The position numbers and the translations under genes are program-made. Below, piece after piece: positions 23,626 through 37,739 of a DNA stretch of 64,000 nucleotides (position 1 is its first letter; the number at the start of each line of letters is the position of its first letter). The DNA lies in NCBI GenBank assembly GCA_965153455.1, contig OZ234494.1, forward strand, positions 2,232,001-2,296,000, read 5' to 3'. The notes beneath the pieces are model-generated. The model ran no database searches, was not told the DNA's origin, and worked only from the letters and a program-made list of their open reading frames with translations. The DNA comes from Sphagnum compactum. Lineage: Eukaryota.

Positions 23626-25521
23626 TGTTTTGTGTAAAATACCTTTTTGTTCCCGCTCCATGGACTTTCTTCTTGAATTCAAGAAGTATTATTCAAGGAA
23701 GCGAAGAAGAAGAGAGACGCATCAATTAGAGATTGCTCCAGCTCCTATAGAGCAGAAAATAGTGAGCAAATAGATCGATTCTTTCTTTTCTTGTATAGAT
23801 TGATCAGAAGTGGAATTTTTCTGCTGAAGAAATTGTATCATAGTTTGCCTTCTTTCAGCACAACAGAAATAGGCTGAGCTTTCGCCACTCTTGTCTGGCT
23901 TGTAACTATTCGAGAGGCACACTTGCAAGTAAAATCTGCAATTCTTCAAGATTTGTTGTTGCAACTCTTTGGTTTTTGATCTTTGTGACTATCTCATGAG
24001 ATCACAGAGTATGGGGACAGGCAAGACACATCCAGATGAGAGTTCTTTTATCAAGAGGTGCAGAGTTCTACCACACTGGCCAGAGTTCTTGGTAATGTTC
24101 CAGCGCACCTGAAGATGTTCTTGTTGATGACAATTCCCTCACACTGACCAAGACTGTTTTTTGAGCCCATATGATGCAGAAATTTTTTTGCAACAGTTTG
24201 AGATTGTGGAAGATTGAGATGTGTCCAGCAGCTACTTTGCCATCTCTTGGCAGGCAGGTGCAATTGCTCAACTACCCTGGAATGAGGTGTAGTGAGAATG
24301 AGGAGATGTGATGGGAAGAGGTTCACAGGCCATGGAAATGATCACCATAATCCCCACTTTTGGAAGCCTGTGTTGAGTCTGTGATAAGCATAACTGAATT
24401 TTACAAAACGTGACAGTTCAGAATTATGTTTTGTCAGCAGATCATTTGTCCTTCTGCAGAGCTAGTATGGCTTTTTGGCAGATCGGGTTTTTCTCATCTG
24501 CAAATATTATCTTCAAGTCACATGAGGTGTACTGAGAAAGGGGAGATGTGATGGGAGGTTGGCAGGCCATGGAAATGATTAGTATAATACCAGCATTTGG
24601 AAGCCTGTGGAGTAGCAGAACTGAAGCCCACAATGCATCAAAGGTGAGAACTATATATTTTATGAGGCACAGACTACATGTTTGCACATGGTTCAATGTT
24701 TCTGCATCCACACCAGTCATGGTTTTATATACCTACACTATGGTTGGAAGAAGCTAGATTGCACTAGCAGTTGGGTAACATAACTGGATAGACAAAATGC
24801 CTTATTCCCAGACCATTCTTGGGTACTCTCCTAATTGTTTTGAGTATATTAAGTAGGCAAATATATTAAGATGTGTTTGTCTACTCATCTTCGAGATAAT
24901 AGTATAATATTGGCTTTCACATTGATCCATAGATCCTAGTTTTAAAGAGAGATGTATAGATTGTGCCAGAGTAATGGGTAGCTAGATTTTTTAGACCTTG
25001 CAAGGGCCACATGAAAGAGTGACATTGCAGAGAGGTGAATGAAAACAAAACTCCCAGCAGCTGGTGAAAAAGGTATTGAGTAGAGTAACGCCCCAGGGCA
25101 GGGCCATTCATCAAATGAGGGGTCTAAGCAAGGTGTAGTTGAGCCTAGCCCCACACTCATGGGTGTTAACCCAGTGTAAAGGCACAAAGAGGAACCATGA
25201 CTTAAACATTCATAGACTCTTTTTCTAATTCAGGGAATTTAGACAGTTCTAGTTCTTTACATTTCTGGATGAGTTCTACCCAACAGATTACAGTCACCCA
25301 CAGTTTCTTCATAGCTGAAAATGATGGAATTTATGGGTCACTTCTATGTGCAGACTAAGGAAAGAGCAAGATGAGATACAAACTTTAATCACAATGGATG
25401 GATGGGGTGATCAAACTTTGGGCAAGAGACCAGACAGGGGGTGGAAAAAAAACCAGACAAAAGCTGGCAATACGATGGGCGCAGTGTGCGAATTAGCAGA
25501 AGTTCGCCAAAAGACAGTTGC

Positions 25522-27842
25522 TCAATGTGGACTAGTGTCATCATCATCATCATCAACATGGAATACTTTCTTAAATTTCTCATAGAACATCCATGAAAGG
25601 CCAGAAGATGGCATCACCTTCAATGAGCTCACGCCAATCCCTCTATAAAAGCCCCTCACCCCGTCTTCATTAAAAATTATCTGGAAGGCGTCTGCCATGT
25701 TTCTTGGTGTTGTCTTCCTTCCAGCTATCGCCCCTACCGTCAACCGTTTCCGTGCTACCTCAAATGGAAACGTTGCTGCACTTGATGCCAATCCTGCAAC
25801 AACAACAACCAACCAAGTGGCTCATCATCAGGTAATAGCTCTGCCCCTTATACCAAGTTCAAACCAGCAACAAACAGTTAAAATAGGAAATGTTCCATTA
25901 AGAGGAGAATACAATGTTTATCCAACCCATTACATAGATGTGGAAGATTAGCGTTCAGGGTTGCAGGGTGAAGTATGGAGAGAGAGAGATGAAATTGCAC
26001 CTGCAAAAGCTCCAAATGTAAGTGTCTCTAGATTACCCAGCTGCTTTTTGTTGGAATAGTGACGATATGAGCATGTGAGGCTGTCATATACAAAATAATA
26101 GGCAGCACAATAGGGCACCAATCCTATGATTGTGGGCACCAGGCCCTTATAAAAAGCTTCTATACCCTCTTCTTGTGTAATCTTCCTGATTGCATGCCAC
26201 ACATTACCATACCCTCCTGTCTGCAATGTAAATCGGTCCTGTGCCCCAATCAGTGCCAACAAACTCCATGTGAGAAATTGGCCTCTTGGGTGCCACCCAA
26301 TAGAACTTACATCTGATATTTATATATATATATATACAGACATACCAAAATTTCCAAATTATCTCTCATTGTGCTGCCATATGAACAGCATCTCAATCAA
26401 TCTCTGGTGCTGTTGTTTATTATGTTCATCCCTTGCTTTAGAATGGGAAATGCCCATGGGTGGGGAACATTCCAGAAATGTAGAACCATGCTTGACTACT
26501 GCCTTATTCTAGGCCCTTTTGATTTCTGGAATGCCCCCCCACCTTGAGGCCTACCCTACATGAAATTCCTTATGAGACAAGAAATCAAAAGACTCAAACA
26601 TTTTTCCTTCTGTAGGTGAACATTCATACCTTGAGCACTTCAACAGGGTAGCATGAGACCGTGCTCACCACACCTGCAACAGCTCCTGCAACCATTGATG
26701 GAGAAATCCAGGCCATAGGTACACTCACTGGCTGACAACCCAACAGATTGATTTGAGGGGAGTCTTCAGCTGCAGCCCAACGGTTCCTAGCAGAGGTTAA
26801 ACATCTTTTCACAGCTTCAAAAGTTAACAACTCGATTGCTTGAAGAGGAGCAGTGCGGAAGGCATTGATGCCATTTCCTTGCCATAAGCCTCGCCATCCA
26901 CGTTGGTACAACACCTCCTTTAGGTTTCCACCTATGCTCCTGGGTCCAACACCTACAATCAATCTCATCCTGCATTACAAAAACAAACATGCACAGATGC
27001 AAGAAAAATATCATTTGTGATGTCTACGACCCATCATTAATGCTTGCTTCTGAAGACAGATTCAGAATCAAACAAATCAAACACAAACCCTTAACCCTTG
27101 TGCAAAAATCCCAGCAAAATTACACCAAGAACCAATCCCTACTCACAAAAATGTTTTGTGCTTCTTCTTACAAACCAAATCATCATTGCACCCACACTTT
27201 CAGAATATCCTTGAAGGCGTGTAAACTGTACCTGCAAAACCCCTGCTCTAAAACCCTCTAATTACTTTCAAGCATTACATTACCATTTCAAGTAAAACGA
27301 TCCCTGTCACTTGCTCACCAACAGTCCAATGTACAAAATGCAAACACATCATACTGATATGGCAAACAAGTAATCACCTTACAGTTTCAATTGGTGCTGT
27401 GATACTTTTGGACACAGCTCCTGACAGAGCACCACTTGAAAAGATTCGGAATTCCCTGCTTCTGAGTCCCTCCTACTCAACAAAACAGAAACCTATTGTC
27501 AAAAGTATACCAGACATTTAGGGTTAGAACAGTTGAGGGGGACCATTGTGGAAAATTTTAGGTATTGGAAGGAAGGAAGGAAGGCACATGCATCCAGATT
27601 CTCTTTACAACAGTGCTATGAAAAGTTACAAAAGTGAACAGCATTTGCTGATATGCAACTATGACCATTCTAGCCCATGTGGGAAATATAGTGCAATAAT
27701 GCCAGCAATTAAAGAGAGGAAAGACATGGATTGATGATGAGAAAAATGTTACTAGTATACTGGAGCAAATTTTATCACTGCCATTTGATTGTCGCATATT
27801 TGCGCTTCCTTCCACAATTGTGCAATCTTTTTCATATCCCAT
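25522..27842 (-). CDS. Mitochondrial carrier family protein, Brittle1-like adenine nucleotide transporter (BTL1-type), spliced
   Basis: GT-AG exons in consistent phase: 27472-27378, 26969-26630, 26238-26001, 25793-25522; first exon tentatively 27842-27753. Three carrier signatures: PIETVRMRL, PVEVLKDRF, PFEVARKRL. Confidence 0.92.
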
Positions 27843-29559
27843 TTGTAGAGGAAGATTGCCTTCAATCCCCAACCCATCCCCCTGCCACCAGCACCTGCTT
27901 TCCAAAAGTGATTGTCAGACCACCACCTCCATAACAGTAGTACCTCCAGAGTCTAGCATCAGCTCACTTCTCTCCACTCTTCAACCAAAAACAGGTGTAC
28001 CCTTTTGCAGTGATTGTCAGGATAATTCTAAACATGCTAGTGTTGCAAGAGACATAACTGAAGAACACAACAAGGGAGAACAAAAGAAGAAGAAGAAGAA
28101 GAAGAGAGATGTCCTGAGTCCAGAAAGATGTCCCTGAGTCAAAGAAACTCAAACACAAAACTTCACATTCCAGACAACAGGTGATTCATTCCAGGGCCGA
28201 CTGCAAAACCCCCTGTGAACTTTGCAAAAATCCAACCAAAGACTTGGAAATCAATGTTTCTGAAATCAGCTCAATTTCTTTTGTCTTGCTTCTTCCATAT
28301 AATGCACTCTTTTCAGAAAAAAAGAAAGAAAAGAGAAAAGACTGACCTTTTTTGTTTATTTCACCAACAACAGCAAGCTTGAGAGAAAAACCCCAAAATC
28401 CATGAAACTCGTACTCATCAAAATGCCAAAACCACCAATCCAACCATAAAACCAATGTTTTCCTATCAGAAAAGAGTTTTGGGCGACAACCCACTTGTCC
28501 ACAGTAGGAGCAATTGAAGAAATTCACATCATCTAGAGCTTAGACCGTCTCCAGTGTTTAGAGCATCTCCATCCACACCCCCAACACGACACCCTCATCA
28601 TGTTTTCTGAACTAAATTGAGTTTTTCCTTTCCAGAAGCTTTTTTTTAATTTTATTTCACTTGTTTGGACATTTGCACATTTTTTCTTTCTAAATTGATC
28701 TTTAGAAATTAGATGTTGGGTGAATGCATGGTATGGTGGTTCATTTTGTGAGTCACATTCATGATTTCTATAGTTTATCCTTAGTTTGAATGTTTATGAT
28801 AAAATATATATGTTTAAATTTAGCAATTGATTATTATATTCAGATTAATAATTTGATTATTAATATATATGTATAAATATTTTTTAAATGTACATTCATT
28901 TTTAATAATTAATTTAAAAATTTAAAAATATGAATTGCTTGGCTGATTGGAATGAAATAAGATCCAGAAGTTGACATTGAATTTCATTTCAAATTATTTA
29001 TAGGGATTCTATATATGATATAATTTGACATAATAAACTCATAAATGAAAATCTTTGCTTCAAAACTTAAGTCAAAATTAAGTTATGGACTGTTGAATGA
29101 TCAAAATTAGAACTTTTTTTTCATAAGTCTTTATAAGTTGCAATTTTTTTCGGTTTTAATTTTTATTTTTTTCTATAGCAAATGGCATTGAAATATCTAC
29201 TTAGACAACTTTTCATATTGAGTTTATTAGTTTAAACCATTATGTAATCCTTCATTTAATTAATGATATTATATTAGACAACCATTTTAACACTACCGAA
29301 TGGATTTTTATGGAGTGTTTTATTTGCCAAAATTGAGCCATCATACCATACATTCATTCGTTGATGTTTTGTTTTTGTGGAATTAGGTTTTGTTGTTGTG
29401 TATGTTTACATAATGGTTGAAGACAACATTGTTGTTGTTGAATGTGTCGGCAACATTGAGGACGAACTTGCTTGTGATGCGAACATGAACCCAACTCTTA
29501 ACAATTCGAATGTTGGAAGCATCCACTTACAATGTGATGATGACTTATTAGAAAATGAT

Positions 29560-30720
29560 GAATTTCATCTTGTAATTATTGAAACTCAAATTGAGAAGTG
29601 GAAAACATTCAACATGAAGGGGGGTCATTTGTTGTCGATGACAACATGTTTGTTGATCTTTGTGAACCCACGAATGTTGAAATGTATCATTTGCACGTTT
29701 CACCAAGTAATTAACATTTTAAATCAAAATTATGTTCTTTGCAAGGGGTTCACTAAATATAGTAAAACAAAGAAAATTCATGTTGATTTTACACATTTTT
29801 GTTTGGTTGCAAAAAAAAATTGATACTAATTAAGAAATCTATGGTTGTGCATGTTGATTCAAATCATAGTCAATAGCTAAGGAAAAAATGGGCTAGGCCA
29901 TTTGGGTCAATAATCATTGCATTTTTTGGCTTGACCAATCTTTACAAACATGGTAATGAACCACAACAAAGGTTTCTTGAAAACTTTGTGCTTCATATTT
30001 GCAAAGGGTATAGGCCTCTTTCCACATGTGAAAACATCTATTTATGTAGGTTAATCTTTTGTCAATGTTCTCACTTTGTTTTTTCATCTTGTTCAATTTT
30101 TGTGGAAATTTTGTTACCTAAAATGGTCCAAAAGACCATGGACTTGCATGTGTTGCCTAAGCTTGAAACTAGAACCACAATTTTGGTTAACATTAATCTC
30201 TAGATGTTTAAAGGTGGTGTAGACACATTTGCATTGGTCATTAATTATTTGAATGAAAGCTGGACCCCTAGGCATGTTATTGTGGGATTGTTTGAAGTGT
30301 ATGAAACAATTAGCAACATTGTGGCTTTGCAACTCTAAGCATTGTTGGAAAACTTTGGACTAATCCACTATGTGATTGTTTTTGTGGAAGATGAAGGCAA
30401 CAAATTGGCATCTATGACTATAACATTATGACCTATTATTGATTGTGAGTCTTTGAAGTTATTGTGGTTTTATGAAGGTATTTGTTTTGGACATGTGATG
30501 TCTAAGGTGTGTCAATATGGAACAAATGATGATCATGTTTCTATGGGTTTGATTTTGGTAACTTTGAAAGAAGTTCAAGTTAGTTTGCATAAAACAATAC
30601 ATGGACAAAAAAATCAAGGAAAGGAAAATAGAAACAGGAAAATTCATGCATATAAAAGTGGAAATGACATCAAATTGAAAACTCCTATCAAAAAAAAGGT
30701 TTGCCAACAAAGTTATAACG
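29560..30720 (+). pseudogene. Degenerate hAT-like transposase remnant
   Basis: Fragmented frames with KCIICT (BED-like), GYRPLSTCEN, VDTFALVINYLNESWTPRHVIVGLFEV, FVEDEGNKLASM, CFGHVMSKVCQ. Many stops. Confidence 0.6.
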
Positions 30721-31829
30721 TTTGCAAAATAAACTTATAATTTTTTTATATAAAGTTATAATGTTTGACAATTCATGGAATTGAAAAAAAATAAAAACAT
30801 GAACAAGGGTAACTATTGTCTTATTTTTCTTTGTCTCTGAAACAAAGGAGTGATGGTGTTTTGGGAAATTTTATCCTTTCCAATTGTCATAGTGCCATTT
30901 CCACACAAAATGTCCAAATCTATTTTTTTTTCATTAATCGTTATTCATACTCACACATGAGTTCACACAATTGATGAAATTGAAAAATAGAAAAAATAGA
31001 AAAAATGATAGTTGTTGTTATCCCACTTTTCTCTGCCTCTAGAACTAGGGAATGATAGTGTTTTGAGAAAATCATGAAACAAGAAAGGCTCATCAAAACC
31101 TAGTAATTTTTGTCATTTACAAGCACAAGATGGAGAATAAACACAAAAAAAACCCACCTTGTTGCTTTTTTGAGATTTTTTTGTCATTATAAATAGCAAT
31201 TAGAGAAGGAAGGAAAGTAAATAGGGAAGAAGAAAAACAAGACAAAAAAAATAGAAGAAAATAAAAAGGAAAGAACAAACCAAGACAAAGTAGCAAAAGA
31301 AAAAACAAGAAGAAAAAGACGAAAAAATGCCTATGAAGTCCCTAAGAATAGTTGTAGGTTGTATGCATTCCTAATGCAGGAAGAGGAAATTAACAAGGGG
31401 CTCCTACATATCAGTATTCTATAGAAAACTTTTGACTTCAATTCTTGGGTTGAATCGTGTTGTGCAAGAAAAATCTAGCATGGATTTAACATCTCTCAAA
31501 GTGGTTTCATGCATTGATACAACTAGTATCAACCTCTAAACCTTCCAATGATCATCATGAGCAAAAAGAAGATAGATAATCTTCTTCATCAATTTGTTGC
31601 TCCTATTTTACTCATGGCTTTTTGGTTGACTCGAAGTCCAAGGTGGGCCACTACCATCTCTGACATCCCCTGTTAGCAATATTATTTCAAAAACATCTAG
31701 GTGGTTAATTTGGATTGGGAGAGAAAGAGAGGGAAGATGGCCCTCTTGATCACTAAAAGTAACAACCATGGTGAGGATGAAACTCAAGGCATGGAGGTTG
31801 GTAATGTTAATGTACAAATGTAATGTGTA

Positions 31830-33260
31830 TATTTTGTAATGTGCAATTTTACCTTTGTAAAAATAAAAGAAACATAACTTGGTGATATTTTGGAAGTAAA
31901 TAGTTGGATTACGTCCCTTCCCCCCCTTTAGTCAACAATATTTTTTGTTTTATCTTTGTTGGAAAATTTTCGCAAGTTGGTGGTTATTTTTGGGGAAAAA
32001 TTTTTAAATAATGAAATTTCAAGGAAAAATTTCAAGGGGGGTCATTCCTTTTTAAAATAAAAAAATATGCAAGTAAAAATATATGTTATATATTGGTTAT
32101 TGGGTAAAAGGTACTAGATTTATTCAGAAATATATTTATAATTCATATAAATTATGTAATAATTAATAATTAAAACATATAATTAATATATGTTGGTTTA
32201 AATATTTGTATTTTTAAAAATACACAATAGGTTAAACAATCATATAATACACTTCAAAAAATGTTTTGTTTGATGCATATGGTTTAGAACTCCAACATTT
32301 AATGACCCCCTATCAGAATAATGCAAGTTTAATGAATTTTTGTTAAAACTTTGAAATCAAAAATTTGAAAGAACAAAAAGATTATTCATAATGAATATTG
32401 ATTAATATTTTCAATGTTAACCATAAATAGTTCCAACATCAAACTTACTTTATATATATATATAAGTTAAAATTTTATAATAGGTTCTAAGACTTGTAAC
32501 CAAAATATAGAAGCATTTAAACAAACTAATATCTCCATATATTGTTTATACCAAAACATAAGTAAATCCTTTTATCAATGATCGTCATTTGAACAATGCC
32601 ACAAAATTGAAAATAATGATAATAATAATAATAATTCATTGATGTCATTATTATGATATCACCATTTCTAATGTTTTTATTTTTTATTAAATGTTTTTTT
32701 AATATCATTTCTAAATACTTAAACATAAATTTGCAACAAAACAAGCTTAAACAAATGTTAAATCATGGAACAATGAAAATAATAATATACCCAAACAACT
32801 TTTTTTAAACACAATCTAACCAAGATTTATATTTCTAATACATCAAGAAATAAAATGGAGAAATGATTTAAGGATTTTTTTTTAGGTTTTGTTATTGTGA
32901 CATCATGAACATTTGTAATAAAAAATTTGTCCAATGATGAACAAACTAGGGGAAAAACATAATTTTAAATTTATGTACATGTACAAGTTTGGACATTAAT
33001 TTTTTAAAATATAAAGGTCTACATGGACCCTAGATTCAAAATGAATGATTCAATCATGTGCAAATGTTGATAGTTCAAAAGATGTGAGGTCTTTATAATT
33101 TATTGCATGTGTTTTTATTAAATTATGATAAGTGTAAAATGCAACACATGAGTAATGGTTTCAACATGATACAAATGTAAATTCAACTCATGTACCATGT
33201 TGATAGTTGAAGAGAGTCAAAAAAATCACTAACCATTATAGTGCCATGTGTAAATAAAGT
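31830..33260 (-). repeat. Diverged inverted copy of the AT-rich repeat family at about 43250-44700
   Basis: For example, AAAATGAATGATTCAATCATGTGCAAATGTTGATAGTTCAAAAGATGTGA (about 33037) is a diverged reverse complement of about 43455-43505. 32530-32760 similarly matches 43960-44150. Confidence 0.65.
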
Positions 33261-33561
33261 TATATGCTACCTTAATTTCCACATCAACAATTTAAAATTA
33301 TTTAAAAATAAAATAAGGTGAATTCTTGTGTAAGTGCAAGGTGTAACTTATGAATAACATTCTCCACTTGTTATCAAACTTGATTCAACTTATTCTAGAT
33401 GTAAATAGTTGGAAAGTTGATAAAAGAATGATTAAACAATTTTATCACTCTTGCAAGGAGTCTAAGGTTGAGATATTTTCCATGTCAATTTTTTTTTCAT
33501 TATTAGTGGAGGTAGGCCTGAGGGCTCAAAACGCAATCTGAAATTTCAGAGCGCCACGCCA

Positions 33562-34150
33562 TCACAAGCACCTTCACAATAAATTTTTTTTCTTGCTGCC
33601 TTCCTTTCACAGCCTTATGGCCACAAGCACCTTCACAATAATTTTGTTTTTCTTGCTACCTTCCTTCACAACCCTTGAACTATTGTGACAGTCATTAATT
33701 ACATTGACAATAAAAGGAACTCAAAAGCTATTCGTTTTTTTTGTGTTGTCATTAAGTAGAGTAGGATTTCGGGGTGGGCTCGTTTTTTTCTTGCTATCAT
33801 AATTACAATAATGTAAGGTTTGGGTTTGTTTTTTTCTTGCTGCCATAAGTAGAGTAGGTGTAGAGTAGGTGGTGGGATTTATTTGCGTTTTGATCACAAG
33901 CACTTTCACAATAATTTTTTTTTCTTGCTACCCTCGTTTCAAAGCCCTTGAATTATTGTCACAGTCATTAAATACATTGACAATAAAAGGAATCCAATAG
34001 CTATTTGTTTTTTTTGTGTTGTCATAAGTAGAGTAGGTGGTTGAGGTGGGCTCATTTTTTTCTTACTATCGTAATTACAATAATGGAATGTTTGGGTTTG
34101 TTTTTTTTCTTGCTGCCATAAGTACAGTAGGTGATAGGATTTAGTTGCAT
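33562..34150. repeat. Local tandem duplication (about 270-bp unit plus a 60-bp subunit)
   Basis: CACAAGCACCTTCACAATAA-type motif at about 33563, 33622 and 33895. 33622-33890 is repeated at 33895-34150. Confidence 0.8.
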
Positions 34151-35604
34151 TTTCTCTCACTATGCAGTGATGAAGAGGAGCAACAGGTCTTTGACAAAGG
34201 ATGAAATTTCGACGTTCTTGAGCTTGCTTGCTTTACAAGCAGCCTGTCCAAAGGCTTACAAGAGCATTGCAACAAATTCATTTGAAATTGTTGTCAGTCT
34301 TTCAATGTGAAGGGTAATTTTTTAAATGGTTTTTAAAAAGTGAATGGCACATAGGGTATTCATGTTTAATGCCTACCAGGATTTAGTGCCTGCTATTTGG
34401 GATTTCCCCAACATAAAGGTGTGACTTTCTCTGCCCAGTGCTTGACCAGTTGTTTTGGACATTGAAAAAACTGAAATCCAAAAACAAACAAGGAATTCCT
34501 CATGTTTTGGCCTGGCTCAAAGTGATAATTAAAAAAACCATCAAACACCAAAACAATCCTTATAGTGTAATACCAACCCATGACCACCAAACCCTAAATG
34601 TTTCAGCTAATCTCACAAGGCTACACATACAACAAAAACCTGGGAAATTTGTTTGTAGTGTTGTTACAGGTAGCCTGCCCGAGCCTCCTTTCCGTTCAAT
34701 GTGCAAATTGGGCGTATTTTTGTAGGTTCAAATCCTAAATTGAGTTATACTTTAAAAAAATTTAAGATGTCATTTCTTACAAAAACAAATCCAAATTGAC
34801 TGGCTTAATGGCAAATTTAATAGTTTTCCTTGTGTCATTATGACCTTGGTTCCATAAACCACTGGAACAAAACAAACATAAAACCTTCCTTCACTTATAT
34901 AGATATTTTTTAAATTCATCTGAACTTTTATTTGCTCATGATTGTTTCAAAGTTTAGATTTTTTAAGAATTAATATGAGATGTGTTCACAGTTAATTAAT
35001 AAAATCAATAATAGGCAATCCAAATTCCAATGAGTGTTAATTGAATTTTGGTGTTTCAATTTTCAAAACCAACCACAATATTAAAACACACATTACTTTT
35101 AAAATCATTACACATCTTATAGAATTTTGATTTTTTATAAAAATATGAATGAGATGCCCTTCACCCACTTCGCATTGTTTATTATATTTATTGAACATCA
35201 ATTTAAAAAAGTTTGAAACAAAATTATGTTTTGTTCCTCCTTGTCTATGACCATGCACTGCACATCCAATTTTCTTGGGTAGAAAAAAATTTAAAAATGA
35301 CCCAACAATTAAAAAGGGAAAAATATGAATACCCTTCATACAATTGGGCGTTAGGCCTACCTCCACTCCAGGTCCCAGAAGGGACCAACCAGTTTAAAGA
35401 GAATTCAGGGATGGCCTTATGAAATATTGTAAACTGGTGGGGAGTTTTCTGCATTTGACATGCGGGGATTGCCTGTTAGAACCAGCAGATTGGAAGGAGT
35501 TTTGGAGTCAATGCTACAATCTAACAACTGCATCCCTTGGAGTTCAGCCAACTTTAATTCAGACATACCCTTGTGTAAGAAAAATACATTCATTCAAGCT
35601 CTGT

Positions 35605-36878
35605 TCAATCCAGGTCCTTTCCTAAGAAAATCCTTTCTTCTGTAACTAAGGTTTTTAGGATCTCGTGCCATCCAGGCCGTTGGCAAGGATCGTGGTGCCA
35701 ACAGTTGAGCAATAGTTGGGTCATCCCAGGGCTCAAGTAGTCAGGCAGCTTTGGTCTTCGGCCTGACAATACCGCATCGTAGTCTGTCCTTCGGACGCCT
35801 TCACATTGAAAAGGAATATGGCCAGTGAGTAGCTCATAACACACCATGCCAAAACCATACACATCCACTGCTGTTGTATATGTGGCCGTGATACGCTCCT
35901 TCACTGCTTTCAGCACTTCGGGTGGCCTCCAGAACCCGGTGCCCACAACGCTGTCCGAGCTCTCGTAGTCCCCAACATAAACATAAAACCAATCATAGGC
36001 CAAATCTTCCTTCAATTCGACTTTTCTAGAATTAAGAATTTGAATTGGACCCTCCTTTTTATATTCAACTGGCGACACAAACATGTTGGAGGCTTTGAGG
36101 TCTCTGTGTATGATTCACACAGAGCATACATTCCATGAGCGATCTGCTCCATTATGTGCAATGTCGTCTTATAAGGAAAAGGCATCATTATCATTTGCGT
36201 AGCATCATCATCCTGCATGTTGGTGCGCATCCGAGACTTGAGATAGTCCATTCTCTTGTCGATAAGATTTCGCAAATCTCCTCGATAGGCATGCATGACA
36301 ACCGACACCTCTCCGGTGAGATTATCCTCTGAGAGGCCAATCAGGCGGCAAAGACCCAATTCCATGCTTCGCATTGCCACATCTTTTATTCGCCTTCGCA
36401 ACTCGTGAACTGCACGAACTCCGAGACGGCCTTTGTATCTTTTGACGACCACATCTTTCTTAAATGCCCTCCCCCACAGGCTGTATTTAGCCAAGGACAC
36501 ATGTGCCTGGCCCCCTTCTGCAATGGACTCTACTATTTCAAGTTGTGATGGATCTATTGATGTTCGTTCCAGCAGGTGGCGAAGCCTTTGGTCCTCATAT
36601 TTACTAGGATATTCAGTCTCCTGCACAAGGCGAGCTGCTGGATCCTCCTCCGGCTCTGCAAGCTCACTCCAAAGGTACTCAGGTGCGCTCCCGTAGTGCG
36701 TCTGTTGGCTTAGTTCTCTTAGATTTGCATCCTCCTCCGCCTGTAGCTCACTCCAAAGGTACTCAAGTGCGCTCCCGTAGTACGTCTGTTGGCTTAGCTC
36801 TCTTAGATTTGGATCCTCCTCCGCCTGTTGCTCGCTCCCAACGCAATCCCCGTATTTGCTAGAGCATGATGCGTCCAT
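35605..36878 (-). pseudogene. Intronless protein kinase (Raf/TKL-like, bryophyte-type), frameshifted
   Basis: IAEGGQAHV and VVVKRY in ORF 36878-36012; IIHRDLKASN, GDYE, GTGFWRPPEV, DVYGFG and CWHHDPCQRP in the shifted frame. The shift is near 36115. Confidence 0.88.
36640..36830 (-). repeat. 84-bp (28-aa) coding tandem repeat in the kinase N-terminus
   Basis: AEEDPNLRELSQQTYYGSALEYLWSELQ / AEEDANLRELSQQTHYGSAPEYLWSELA; GCTCACTCCAAAGGTACTCA at 36662 and 36746. Confidence 0.92.
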
Positions 36879-37739
36879 GGCGTTTCAAATCAAGGCTGGC
36901 TGGCTATGAGCTGGGATGGCTGCTGGCTGGCTCACTACTCGTGACGATTTGATCATTAACTCGGGAAAGTAGAGAGAGATTCAGCAAAACTGCAAGAACA
37001 CACTTGGGAGTTGGATAACACTAATATGCAAGCAAGACAAGACAAGAACGTGGGTGGGGGGTATATAGACGGAAAGAAAGCGGGATGAACGAGACAGCAG
37101 TTGCGATAAAGAGATGGAGAAGCTGAGCATTCTCATCAACAAAACGTACCTGTAAAAAAGCAAGCTTGAGAGAGACGAAGAAGAGCGCCGCGCTGTGGTC
37201 CGTGATGAGAAGAAGAACTTGAGCGACAAGCATAAATGCGAAGAAGCAGAGAGTTGACGGATACGCGGAAAAAGCAAGCAATCTGTGCAACAGTTCGCCG
37301 TCGGCTTTACCGATACAAAGCCGGAAGCTGCTGAAAAGTCTGAGATTGGGAATCGTAGGAAACGCGCCGCGAAGACCGTACCCGCCAAGGGACCCACCAC
37401 TGGCAACGCCACATGGGAGCTTGACAGATTCTACGGATACGCGTGAATAAGAAGAGTCCGATGTCGGAAACATGGGCAATTGACGGAGACTGGTCCCGCA
37501 GCTGTGGATGTGTTTCCACCATCTTAGGGACTATCGGTATTGGCGTCTGTCGCGCACTGTATCGTCGGGCAAACTTTCAGTTTTATGATGCCAGTCTTAT
37601 TACTGGCCCACAGCCTGCTTGCTTGCTTGCTGGCAACCCAGCCTGTTAGGTCTTTGTCCGATCTTGGAGCATTTTGCATACTGGGGTCTTTCTTTCTTAG
37701 TATCGGGGCCGCCTCCAAAGAAGAGAGGCCGATCCTATG

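Noticed and set aside
24300-24610. About 70-bp diverged direct repeat (24303, 24542)
   Set aside because: Short intergenic duplication with no coding or structural signal.
27860-28530. Longer N-terminal extension of the carrier gene
   Set aside because: All minus-strand frames are interrupted by stops, so it is treated as 5' UTR.
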